From Planctomycetota bacterium (GTDB lineage: Bacteria; Planctomycetota; UBA8108; SXIK01), in assembly GCA_965223265.1 (NCBI GenBank), contig OZ244999.1:928001-992000 (forward strand): 64,000 nucleotides of DNA, written 5' to 3'. The translations under genes and the position numbers were made by a program. Below are positions 49,384 to 58,311 of this stretch, one piece after another (position 1 is the first letter of the stretch; each line of letters starts with the position of its first letter). The notes beneath the pieces were generated by a model. The model was not told the origin of the DNA. It saw nothing but the letters and a program-made list of their open reading frames with translations, and searched no databases.

Positions 49384-50538
49384 GTGAAGCGCATCTACCT
49401 CGACAACGCCGCCACGTCGTTTCCCAAGCCTGAAGCGGTTTGGGCAGCGGTGCTCGAGCAGGGTCAGCATGTCGGTGCCAATGCCGGGCGAGGAAGCTAC
49501 TCGAGCGCGCAGGCGGCGACGCAGATCCTCGAAGCGGCGCGTGTGCGACTGGCGCGTCTCTTTCACGGCGAGCCCGAGCGTACAATACTGACGTTCAACT
49601 GCACGGACGCACTCAACATCGCGCTCAAGGGGTTCCTCGACCCTGGGGATCACGTGGTCACATCCGCGATCGAGCACAACTCGGTGCGGCGGCCGCTTGC
49701 TGGCCTCGAACGCGAGCGCGGCGTCGAAGTGACCATGGTCGCCGCGGACGCACGTGGGCTCGTCGATGCTTCAGCGCTCCGCGCCGCGTTGCGCCCAAAC
49801 ACGAAACTCGTGGCGCTGCTTCACGCTTCGAACGTCTGCGGCACAATCCAGCCCATCGCGGAGGTCGGCGAGATCTGTCGGCAACGACGCGTTCGTTTTC
49901 TCCTCGATGCGGCTCAGACGGCCGGCTCGGTGGACATCGACATGGAGGCACTCGGCGTCGACTTTCTAGCTGTCCCGGGTCACAAGGGACTATTGGGCCC
50001 TCTCGGAACGGGCGCGCTTCTCGTTGCCGAGGGTGTCGACGTGCGCGCGTGGCGTGAAGGAGGTACCGGATCGAGCTCGGCGGACGAAAAGCAACCGGAG
50101 AACTACCCCGCGCACCTCGAGGCTGGCTCGGCCAACGTACCGGGTCTCGCCGGCCTGGTGGCGTCCCTCACCTACCTCGAGGGCTGCGGCATCGCCGCGC
50201 TGCGCCAACGCACGCAGGACGTCGCAGCGCGATTCTTCGCGCGCCTCGTCGACACCCCTGGACTCGAGATTGGCGGTGAACCTGAGCTCGAGCGGCGTGA
50301 GCCGATCTTTCCGGTGCGGCTCCCGAAACTCCGGCCGGATGAGCTCGCCGCGCTGCTCGACGCGAGCTATGGCATCGAGGTGCGGGCGGGGCTTCACTGC
50401 GCCCCTGGCGCTCATCGCGCGCTCGGAACGTACCCTGACGGCAGCGTGCGCATTTCCCTCGGTCCGTTCACTTCGGCGGCAGACGTAGACGCTGCCGCTG
50501 ACGCCTTGGAGGAAATCGCTCATTCGTCGCGCTCGTAG
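49384..50538 (+). CDS. Cysteine desulfurase/selenocysteine lyase family (class V PLP)
   Basis: IYLDNAATSFPKP, EHNS, HASNV.G, DAAQ, PGHKGLLGP, RAGLHCAP. Confidence 0.9.
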   Translation: MKRIYLDNAATSFPKPEAVWAAVLEQGQHVGANAGRGSYSSAQAATQILEAARVRLARLFHGEPERTILTFNCTDALNIALKGFLDPGDHVVTSAIEHNSVRRPLAGLERERGVEVTMVAADARGLVDASALRAALRPNTKLVALLHASNVCGTIQPIAEVGEICRQRRVRFLLDAAQTAGSVDIDMEALGVDFLAVPGHKGLLGPLGTGALLVAEGVDVRAWREGGTGSSSADEKQPENYPAHLEAGSANVPGLAGLVASLTYLEGCGIAALRQRTQDVAARFFARLVDTPGLEIGGEPELERREPIFPVRLPKLRPDELAALLDASYGIEVRAGLHCAPGAHRALGTYPDGSVRISLGPFTSAADVDAAADALEEIAHSSRS

Positions 50539-50559
50539 CACGCGGCGTGGCCCGCGCGA

Positions 50560-51909
50560 CTACCGCGAGTTTCTCGGCCTCGGCTTGGAGCGGTTTGCCT
50601 TCGCTTTGGCGGCGCGTTTAAGGACGAAATCGCGCCACCGGCTAAGGAGCTCCCGCGAGGAGTCGCCGAGGAGTCGTCTGAGCGCACGTTCTTGATACGG
50701 AACGTAGCGCATATGAAACTCGGCGAACGCTCCGTCGTCCGGCGCAGGAGACTCAGGCGCGTCCTTGCCCTTCATGGCTTCAAGAAACTCGTCGAGTTTG
50801 TTCTTCTCAGCCAAGTAGGCGACGAAGGTCATACTGAGCTGGCGAGACGTCCTTCCCAGCCTTGGTCCTGACTCTTCAAGCAGCTCGAACAGAAGCTGCC
50901 GCGCGTTTTCTTCATCCTCGAGGAGATCACCAGCCGCGGCGAAGATCTCCTCCTCGAGCTGTTTCGTCTCCCGCGTCGGGGTTGCGGCGGTCACCATCTG
51001 CTCGACCCCGTCGTAAATCCAGCGACTCAGCCACGCGTCTTCACGGTGCAGCTCGGCGAGCGCCGTTTCGCTGAGCACAGCCGCCAAAGCGCGGCTTTCC
51101 GGTTGCCAGAGCACGATCCGTTCGCCGCGACGGTAGGCTCCGGTTGGGTTGCGAGCCGACGTAACGCCGTCGATGTTTTTTGCGAACCGATCAAACTCAG
51201 ATTCGGAACGCAGAAGGACGATCTGTAACTTGCGCTTGCCGAGGACGCGTCGGCTACTCGTGCCGATGAGTTTTGCCGTTGATCGCCTGAGTCGATCGAG
51301 ATGACGGCGCAGTCGCTTCAGAACGTCGTCGCCTTTGTCGACGGTCGTGTGGATGAGAAGGTTGCGTTCTTCGTCTGTGTGAAACGGCACTCCGAAGCGT
51401 TCTTCTGTCTTGTGCGCCCACTCCAGCATGCTCCGGCGCTGAGCGGCAGCCTTCGACTCAGTTGTCTCTCTCTTCTCGGCTTCGGGGATCCGGTCAGAGT
51501 CTGTGGCGACGGTCTGAGTTGTGCCCGTTTCTCCGCGCACAGCGGCGACCGCCGCAGTGCGCTCGGTCAGCTGGTTTCGGGCGATACGACGCCAACCGGT
51601 GCCGTAGCGTTCGAACCCAAGGGCGCGACGAGCAGCTGCGCACTCCGTGTCGATGGTGATGGCACGGTGGTAAGCCTGTTTGGCACGTTCGGCCAATTGC
51701 TGGCGCTCACACCACCTAGCGAGCTCAACGAACGCGTCGGCGTCGAGGGGTGGGGTCTGCGTCAGACGTTTGACGTACTCCTCGATCTTCGTCTGCTCCG
51801 TTCGCGAGCCACGGGCGAAAGCCGCGGGCGACAGGTGGGTTGCACAGATGACGGCAGTGACAGCTAACGAAAGACAGCGCAAAGAATGCATGGGAAAAAC
51901 TACCCTCAA
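50560..51909 (-). CDS. Secreted hypothetical protein
   Basis: Signal peptide; LARWC....L...A......I..D.....AR.ALGF.....W repeat of the type seen in planctomycete proteins. Confidence 0.7.
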   Translation of the reverse strand: MRVVFPMHSLRCLSLAVTAVICATHLSPAAFARGSRTEQTKIEEYVKRLTQTPPLDADAFVELARWCERQQLAERAKQAYHRAITIDTECAAARRALGFERYGTGWRRIARNQLTERTAAVAAVRGETGTTQTVATDSDRIPEAEKRETTESKAAAQRRSMLEWAHKTEERFGVPFHTDEERNLLIHTTVDKGDDVLKRLRRHLDRLRRSTAKLIGTSSRRVLGKRKLQIVLLRSESEFDRFAKNIDGVTSARNPTGAYRRGERIVLWQPESRALAAVLSETALAELHREDAWLSRWIYDGVEQMVTAATPTRETKQLEEEIFAAAGDLLEDEENARQLLFELLEESGPRLGRTSRQLSMTFVAYLAEKNKLDEFLEAMKGKDAPESPAPDDGAFAEFHMRYVPYQERALRRLLGDSSRELLSRWRDFVLKRAAKAKANRSKPRPRNSR

Positions 51910-51947
51910 AGGAGTGAGTCACGATGAGCGCGAACGCCCCCGCCTAA

Positions 51948-52201
51948 CCTCGAGTTTGGCCATTTCGCGCCGGCCTGGCCGGACGAGTTTCGCGGGAATT
52001 CAACGGCCCTTTCGACTTTTTCGTACCCTGAGAACCCTTGTGCATGTTTAAAAACTCCTGTCCGGCCCTTCGGGGAAAGCCAGGAGCGCCGATGCCTGCG
52101 CCCGTCCTCCGCCACGACCCGAGCGGGATCGCGCCCGAGTCGCTCCTTGGCCTCGACGCTCCTGGCTTTCCCAGGCTCGACGCGAAATGGCCAAACTCGA
52201 G
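51948..52201. mobile_element. MITE-like element A
   Basis: Terminal inverted repeats CTCGAGTTTGGCCATTTCGCG / CGCGAAATGGCCAAACTCGAG, flanked by CTAA; no ORF. Confidence 0.6.
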
Positions 52202-52205
52202 CTAA

Positions 52206-52380
52206 CAGCCCGTTGAAAAAGTCATTCGGCCGAGAAATTGGCCTCTTCACGCCCAGATCGACCGCGGCGAGCCTCGCCGTTATGTCTCATGGAAGGGCTC
52301 GGAGATTACCTACGTTCGCCGCGGTCGATCTGGACGCGAAGCGACCAGTTTTCGACTCGAAGCACTTTTTCAACAGGCTG
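52206..52380. mobile_element. MITE-like palindromic element B
   Basis: CAGCCCGTTGAAAAAGT...ACTTTTTCAACAGGCTG ends, internal IR CCAGATCGACCGCGGCGA/TCGCCGCGGTCGATCTGG, CTAA direct repeats at 52202-52205 and 52381-52384. Confidence 0.7.
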
Positions 52381-52583
52381 CTAACGAATCCATTTTAGAC
52401 CCGGATCAATGGAATCCCATGAATACCCTATTGAAAACGTGCTTCGAGCCGAAAGACCGTCGGTCTGAACGTGAGGAAGGGGGCCTTTCCGCGGCCCAAA
52501 CTCCTCGCGCCGCACTCTCTTTTCTGCGGCCAGCGCGTCCCAGGTGTTACCCGCTACGGAGCTTTGGAATCTGCTCTATACTG

Positions 52584-55010
52584 CTAGAAGCGAGTCCCGA
52601 TCGTGAAGAGGAACAGCCGCTCGCGGTCCTCGTCCTCCGAGCGTATGGCCTTGCCGAAATAAAGGCCGATTGGGAGAGGTTGTCCGAGAAACGGGAAATT
52701 GATGCGGAGGCCGCCACCGAGAACGAGCCGGGTGCGGTCGAAGTCGAGATCGTCGAACTCGCGCGCAAGATTGCCGTAATCTAGAAATACCACCCCGCGG
52801 AGCATCTTGGTGTAGAGCGGAAAGGTGTACTCGAGATTGCCGTACCACATGATGTCACCGCCGATCGGATCGCGGTTCTCATGCGGACCCATGCCCCGAA
52901 AGCGAAACCCGCGTACCGTGTTCGGACCGCCGAGGAAGAAACGTTCGAAGATCGGAATTTCATCGAGATCGTGGTGCGGCTCGATGACCCCGAAGCGGTT
53001 GTTGAGGGAAATTACGTGGTGCAGCGTATCCCTTCCGAGCTGAAACTCGTAGAGCGGGAAGTAGAACTCGTTCGTCAGCTCACCCTTGTGAAAGTCGACC
53101 TCGCCGCCGAGAACGCCACCGGCGTATTCGTAGAAGAGGACGCTGTTGGTGCCGCTGTAGGGGCCTTCGAGGTACTCGAACAGCACCTTGTCGTAGCTGA
53201 GGGACGAGTTGACGGCGATGACGGTCGTGTGCCCCTTGGCTTCGAATGCCGCCGTCGGCGCGTCTGCCTCGAGGCGATGGATTTCCACCTCTTCGAGTCG
53301 GTGCCCGAACGAAGCGACGAAGTCGCGGTCGAATCCGAACGCATGACCGATGCGCGGTGCAAAAGTTGCTCGATCCTCGTCGTAGTCCTCTCGAATGATG
53401 GTCAGTTGTGACGCCGACAGCGTCAGCGCGTTACGCGTCTTGAAGAGGTAGGGCTCAACGAACGTGAACCGATACAGAGACCGTCGCGTTCCAGGCTGGG
53501 CCGCGATGTCGAGCGTTTGCCCGTTGCCAGTGAACGAGTCCGGGATGTCGTAGAACGAGTCAGGAAAATCTGTAATGTCGAAGTTGCGCTTGCTGATGCT
53601 GAAATTTCCGATGATCCCGAAACCACTCGTGACGCCGAAACCCAGAATCAGACGACCGGTCGATTCTTCGACGACGTTGATGATGAGGTGCTTGTTGCCT
53701 GGCGACGAGCCCTCTTCATAGGTGATGTAAACGTCGCTGAAGTACTGCAGACGATGCAGGTTCGATTCTGTTTCGGTAATGCGTGACCGATCGACGCGTT
53801 CTCCTGGATTCATGTCTGCTTCGCGCCGGATGACCTCTTCTCTTGTCTTTTCGTTGCCGTGAACGCGTAGCTCCTCGATGTAGACCTCGTTGTTCTCGAC
53901 GATCTCGAAACGTACGAAGACGTCGTTACCCACCTCGAACGGAATCGGCCTCGCGTCTACCCTGGCGTCGATGTAGGCTCGGTTGCCGTAGTAGTTAAAA
54001 ATCTCTTCCCGATCACGCAGAATCTCATCGAAGTTGTACGGCTGTCCAGGCAGCGTCGACGTTAGGTCTCGAAGCGTCTGCTCTGAGAACACAGCGTTGC
54101 CGCGAAACCGATAGCCGCGGAAGATGTACTGGTCTCCTTCGTGAATACGGATGACGATCCGAAGCCGCGTCATATCGGTCGACGGCTCGATCGTCTCGAG
54201 TTCGGCCCGCGCATCGAAGTAACCGTAGCGACGATAGTAGTTCGCGAGGCTGAGAAGGTCGGTTTGCAGGTCGTCGTACTCGTAGAAGCCAGGAGTCAGC
54301 AGCCCGAAGAACCATCCCTTCTTACGGGTTTCCATGAGGCTGCGAAGTTCGGATGAGCTGAATGCCTTATTGCCGATGAAGGTGACTTCTCTGACCCTGA
54401 CGCGGACTCCCTCGCTGATCTCGAAGATCACGCGGACACCCTCGGGGAGTGTCTCGGTGTGAAACTTCACCGACGCGAAATTGTACCCAGCGGCGTGGTA
54501 CTTCTCGCGGATCGCCTCGCGATCTTGTACGAGGTGTGAGCGATTGAGGCGTGACCCGACGCGCGTGCGCAGTGACGGCGCTTCATTCCGCAAGTGCTTT
54601 TCTGAGAGCGCCTTTCGCCCCACGAATCGTAGGGACGAGACGACCGGGCGCTCTTTGACGGTAAAGACAATCTTGACGCCGTTGTCGAGATCGATTTTGC
54701 GCCAATTGATCTCCTCAAACTTGCCCGTCTGGTGGAGCTGCTCGAAGGCTCGATTGATCTTCGCGTCGGACCAATCTTCGCCGTAGCGCAGGTTTCGCTC
54801 GAGAGCCGTGACGAGGTTAGCTTTCGACTCTCGGGATAAACCCTCAATATCGATTTCTCGAATGACCCGACTTCGCTCCGGCGCTTGCGCAGTACACGGA
54901 GTCGAGCCGCTCCAGCCGACGCAGGTGCAGCTCACCAGCAACTGGAGGACGATCCGCCAGCGCAAAGGTAGGATCGTCGTCGAGCTTGGCCGCGAAGCGG
55001 ATTTCAACAT
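52584..55010 (-). CDS. bamA: Outer membrane protein assembly factor BamA
   Basis: Five POTRA-like repeats (e.g. GNEKTREEVIRRE), ERFFLGG..TVRGF, C-terminal Phe. Confidence 0.93.
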   Translation of the reverse strand: MLKSASRPSSTTILPLRWRIVLQLLVSCTCVGWSGSTPCTAQAPERSRVIREIDIEGLSRESKANLVTALERNLRYGEDWSDAKINRAFEQLHQTGKFEEINWRKIDLDNGVKIVFTVKERPVVSSLRFVGRKALSEKHLRNEAPSLRTRVGSRLNRSHLVQDREAIREKYHAAGYNFASVKFHTETLPEGVRVIFEISEGVRVRVREVTFIGNKAFSSSELRSLMETRKKGWFFGLLTPGFYEYDDLQTDLLSLANYYRRYGYFDARAELETIEPSTDMTRLRIVIRIHEGDQYIFRGYRFRGNAVFSEQTLRDLTSTLPGQPYNFDEILRDREEIFNYYGNRAYIDARVDARPIPFEVGNDVFVRFEIVENNEVYIEELRVHGNEKTREEVIRREADMNPGERVDRSRITETESNLHRLQYFSDVYITYEEGSSPGNKHLIINVVEESTGRLILGFGVTSGFGIIGNFSISKRNFDITDFPDSFYDIPDSFTGNGQTLDIAAQPGTRRSLYRFTFVEPYLFKTRNALTLSASQLTIIREDYDEDRATFAPRIGHAFGFDRDFVASFGHRLEEVEIHRLEADAPTAAFEAKGHTTVIAVNSSLSYDKVLFEYLEGPYSGTNSVLFYEYAGGVLGGEVDFHKGELTNEFYFPLYEFQLGRDTLHHVISLNNRFGVIEPHHDLDEIPIFERFFLGGPNTVRGFRFRGMGPHENRDPIGGDIMWYGNLEYTFPLYTKMLRGVVFLDYGNLAREFDDLDFDRTRLVLGGGLRINFPFLGQPLPIGLYFGKAIRSEDEDRERLFLFTIGTRF

Positions 55011-55442
55011 AGGCTCATGGGTGTAATGAAATCACGAGGTGCTGTCAAGGAAGTCGTCGGAACAGCGTCAGCTGGATGCACGGGCTGCGAGGGCGCCTGC
55101 CGAGCCCGTCTTTTCGGCAAATGACGTCCCTCAGCGATTGGCGCCTTCCGTGGCGCGGCCCCCAATCGAAATCACGGCGTCGACGCAGGCCGCAACGGCC
55201 TTCGCCCGGGTTTGGGGAAGCTGTTCGGACGAAAACCCGCCTGAGAGCCGACGCAGACACGTCCCACAGTTTGACGATCTGTCCACCTTGTTGCGCTGTA
55301 CCGGCTCCGTGGTTTTGTCTTAACTGTTTTCCAAGTAACGATTTGCGCTGGATTCTTGAGCCTGCGGCCTGGCGGCATGTGCATTGCTCTTAGATGCCCG
55401 TCGCCCAGGGAAAAGCCGGAACACTTGATCGCGAAAGAAGAG

Positions 55443-55892
55443 ATGGAGTCGAAACTAATCTCTATTCATGACGCCCAGCGCATGCTGCCGCTTCTGCGCC
55501 GAATCGTTACCGACATCACTCAGAAGTGGGAATTGATCATCTACAAGCGCACCGAGCTTGAGTGCCTTGAGAAGGGAATCGATTCGGCTCAGGATGAAAT
55601 GTCACCTCAAGAGCGCAAGGAGAAGATCGAGACGCTCAAGGTGGAGCTCAATCAACTCATCGACAAGATCAACAGCTACATTCGCGAGGTCGAGGATCTC
55701 GGCTGTTTTGTCGAGGAATTTAAGCGCGGGATCATCAACTTCCCGTCGCTCTACAATGGCAGGAAGATCTTTCTCTGCTGGGTTCCAGGTGAGGAAACCA
55801 TCGGCTTTTGGCATGAACTCGACGAGAGCTTCAAGGACCGCGTCGCGATCCAGGATGCCAGCGACTTCCTCTGCCAGAAACCGCGCGTTTGA
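55443..55892 (+). CDS. DUF2203 family protein
   Basis: A..MLPL...IV.DI, LG......GIINFP....G....LCW..GE..I.FWH...E.F..R. Confidence 0.85.
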   Translation: MESKLISIHDAQRMLPLLRRIVTDITQKWELIIYKRTELECLEKGIDSAQDEMSPQERKEKIETLKVELNQLIDKINSYIREVEDLGCFVEEFKRGIINFPSLYNGRKIFLCWVPGEETIGFWHELDESFKDRVAIQDASDFLCQKPRV

Positions 55893-55955
55893 GCGACGTT
55901 CGACGTACGGTCGAGCGACCCCTTCCACGGCAGGCCTGCCTCACAGTCCGTCGAA

Positions 55956-56138
55956 GAGCCCCTTCTGAAAAGTAACCGAACCCCGCTGTAGTGCTAGGGT
56001 TCGTTATAGACTGGGCGGTTGAGTGCAAGCCACCATGGGGTCGAAAGCCAAGCTGCCGCGCGCCCGTCCTTCCTTTCTGTCTCTTCGTCTTGGTTTCCGG
56101 AGATCGAACAGAAGCAAACGAAGGCAACAAAGGGGCTC
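55956..56138 (+). ncRNA. 6S-like structured RNA candidate (183 nt; strand uncertain)
   Basis: Closing stem GAGCCCCTT/AAGGGGCTC; apical stem GACTGGGCG/CGCCCGTC with GCGGTTG..GCAAGCC..AAGCC..AACTGC-like motifs reminiscent of 6S; side hairpins. Confidence 0.45.
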
Positions 56139-56159
56139 CAACGGACAGCTGGGACGCTG

Positions 56160-56240
56160 TTTTTCAACGGGGCTGCTAAGAATGGGCGCTTCGTGGAGCG
56201 CGGCCAAACTCGAGACAGCCCGTTGAAACAGTCATCCGGC
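56160..56240. repeat. Partial copies of the MITE A/B ends
   Basis: TTTTTCAACGGGGCTGCTAA and GGCCAAACTCGAGACAGCCCGTTGAAACAGTCATCCGGC match 52366-52384 and 52189-52229. Confidence 0.7.
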
Positions 56241-56262
56241 TGAAAAAAACCGGATCAACAGG

Positions 56263-57078
56263 CTACGAGGACGCCAGTTCGTTGAGTACGTCTTCGCTCA
56301 GGTCGATGTCGCTGTAGACGTTTTGGACGTCGTCGTGGTCTTCAAGCTCACTGATCAAGTCCAGGACTTGCCTCGCCTTTGAGGCGTCGAGCGGCACGGG
56401 GTTTTGCGGCACGTAAAGAAACTCGCTGCGGGTGAAAATCGGGCGTTCATCGTCAGCCGCTCCCCACTTTTTTTCGGGCACGCTGCGTTTCTGTGCGAGG
56501 AACTCTTGGAGGCCGGCGCGGACCGCTTCGAAGTCCTCCGCCTTACAGTAAACGTCGAATCCAGGCACCTCGCCTTCGCTCGGCTCGATGCTCTCCGCTC
56601 CAGCGTCTATGCCGACTTCGAACAGCTCTTCCTCAGAGGCGTCGTCTGCGGCCACGCCGAAGACGCCACGGCGATCGAACTTCCATAGCACGGAGTTGGT
56701 CTTGCCAAGCGAACCGCCACGTCGCTCGAGGAGATTCCGCACCTCTCCGCCCGTGCGGTTACGGTTCTCTGTGAGGGCTTCAACGATGAGCGAAATCCCC
56801 CCCGGGGAGATCCCCTCATACGTGAGCTCGACGACGTCGTCAGACGCGCTTTCACCTGTACCCTTCTTGATCGCTCGTTCGATCGAATCCTTGGGCATCG
56901 ATTCGGCTCGTGCCCTGTCGATCGCGTAGCGCAGGCGGAGGTTCTCAGCCGGATTGCCGCCGCCGCTGCGCGCAGCGACCATAATGAGTTTCGCGAGTTT
57001 GGAGAATATCTTCCCGCGCTTAGCGTCCGCAGCTCCCTTGCGGTGCTTGATGTTGTTCCACTTGGAATGTCCTGCCAT
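56263..57078 (-). CDS. yebC: YebC/PmpR family protein
   Basis: MAGHSKWNNIKHRKG..DAKRGK.F, YEG, T.NRNRT, LEDHDDVQNVY. Confidence 0.96.
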   Translation of the reverse strand: MAGHSKWNNIKHRKGAADAKRGKIFSKLAKLIMVAARSGGGNPAENLRLRYAIDRARAESMPKDSIERAIKKGTGESASDDVVELTYEGISPGGISLIVEALTENRNRTGGEVRNLLERRGGSLGKTNSVLWKFDRRGVFGVAADDASEEELFEVGIDAGAESIEPSEGEVPGFDVYCKAEDFEAVRAGLQEFLAQKRSVPEKKWGAADDERPIFTRSEFLYVPQNPVPLDASKARQVLDLISELEDHDDVQNVYSDIDLSEDVLNELASS

Positions 57079-57094
57079 GGGTCTTACCCGCTAA

Positions 57095-57895
57095 TTATCT
57101 CGCTGAACTCTTGCCCACCTTCTTGCTGGCCTTCTTGGCTTTCTTCTTCGGCGCGCCACCCCCTTTGCTCTCAGTCGCCCCGCTTGCCTTCTTCGTCTTG
57201 CTCGAAGCTGCTCTACGCGGGAGCTTTTTGACGTAGGTCGCGAACGAGTTCCTCAGGGCGGTTTTCGCGTTCTTGAGATCCGTTTCTTCAAATGCGTTCA
57301 AGGCCCGACTGAGGTCGAGGAGAAAGTGATGGAACGGCAAGACCCTCTCGGACTCGAGCATGTCGTAGAGCCCCTTCGCCTTGCGGTCTCTCGTATCGGC
57401 ACTGCCGACGATTCCCGCAGCGCTTAGAAGTTGATCGATGCCGGGATTGAGGGGAAACACGGGATGTTCCTTACGGCGCAGAAGTATGAGATCGATCGTC
57501 GCCGTGTCAATATTGCGAATCTGCTTGAGGAAACGCCGTGTGTCGGTGAGGTTCTCTTCGGCGAAAAACTCAAGGCAGACTCGCTGGCGTTCTCGATGGA
57601 CGAATTCGAGGAAATCTTTGATAAACACAGCGATCTCTAGCGAGTCGGCACCAGACGGCAACTGCTCTCGGATTTCCTGAACTGTGCTAACGCGCACTTC
57701 GTTCCAGTCGACGAATTCACTCTTGAGTTGATGATAGCTCTTGAGGGCTTTGGACGCCGGCATGTTGAGGTGGAGACGATGAAAAACGATCGTCTCGACA
57801 ACCGTCTCGGGGTAAGCCGCGATCGACACTCCTCGCGCTTTTTCGTCCTGCTCGGTCTTTTTGATCAACTGCGCGAGCTTGTCAGCCGTTTTCAC
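57095..57895 (-). CDS. Degenerate HhH-GPD/endonuclease III-like protein with Lys/Ala-rich tail
   Basis: FVDWNEVRVS, L....H..FP; no Fe-S Cys motif; C-terminus SKTKKASG...KKKAKKASKK. Confidence 0.65.
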   Translation of the reverse strand: MKTADKLAQLIKKTEQDEKARGVSIAAYPETVVETIVFHRLHLNMPASKALKSYHQLKSEFVDWNEVRVSTVQEIREQLPSGADSLEIAVFIKDFLEFVHRERQRVCLEFFAEENLTDTRRFLKQIRNIDTATIDLILLRRKEHPVFPLNPGIDQLLSAAGIVGSADTRDRKAKGLYDMLESERVLPFHHFLLDLSRALNAFEETDLKNAKTALRNSFATYVKKLPRRAASSKTKKASGATESKGGGAPKKKAKKASKKVGKSSAR

Positions 57896-58311
57896 TACGT
57901 CTCCTTGGTCTTACCTTCTCAGAGCTGCCGCGCCTGCGTGGTCTGCCAGTTTTCGGAATATGCGCCACTCCTGCTGAACTCAAACCAGACGCGGCGCGGG
58001 TGCTGCGGCGAACGTCGAGCTCGCGGCAATTTGGTCACCACCACGGGGCTCGGTCGTAGGCTTCTAAGGTCTTTGACGCGAATGGTTTGGGCCTGGAATT
58101 ATAGCAACCTGTCGGGCGGGTTGCAAAGAACTGGAGCGGCGACTGGCATCCTGCGCATCGCCCTCATTGGCAGTCTTTCCGGAACGACAAAACTCAACTC
58201 GCCGCGTTCCGCCCGGCCTTTCCTGACGGGCAAGGCCACCTCGATGGTTGGGGCTAGCTTCGTCAGGTATACTTGACCGATTGTCAGTCTCCAACCATTT
58301 AAACTGGTGCC

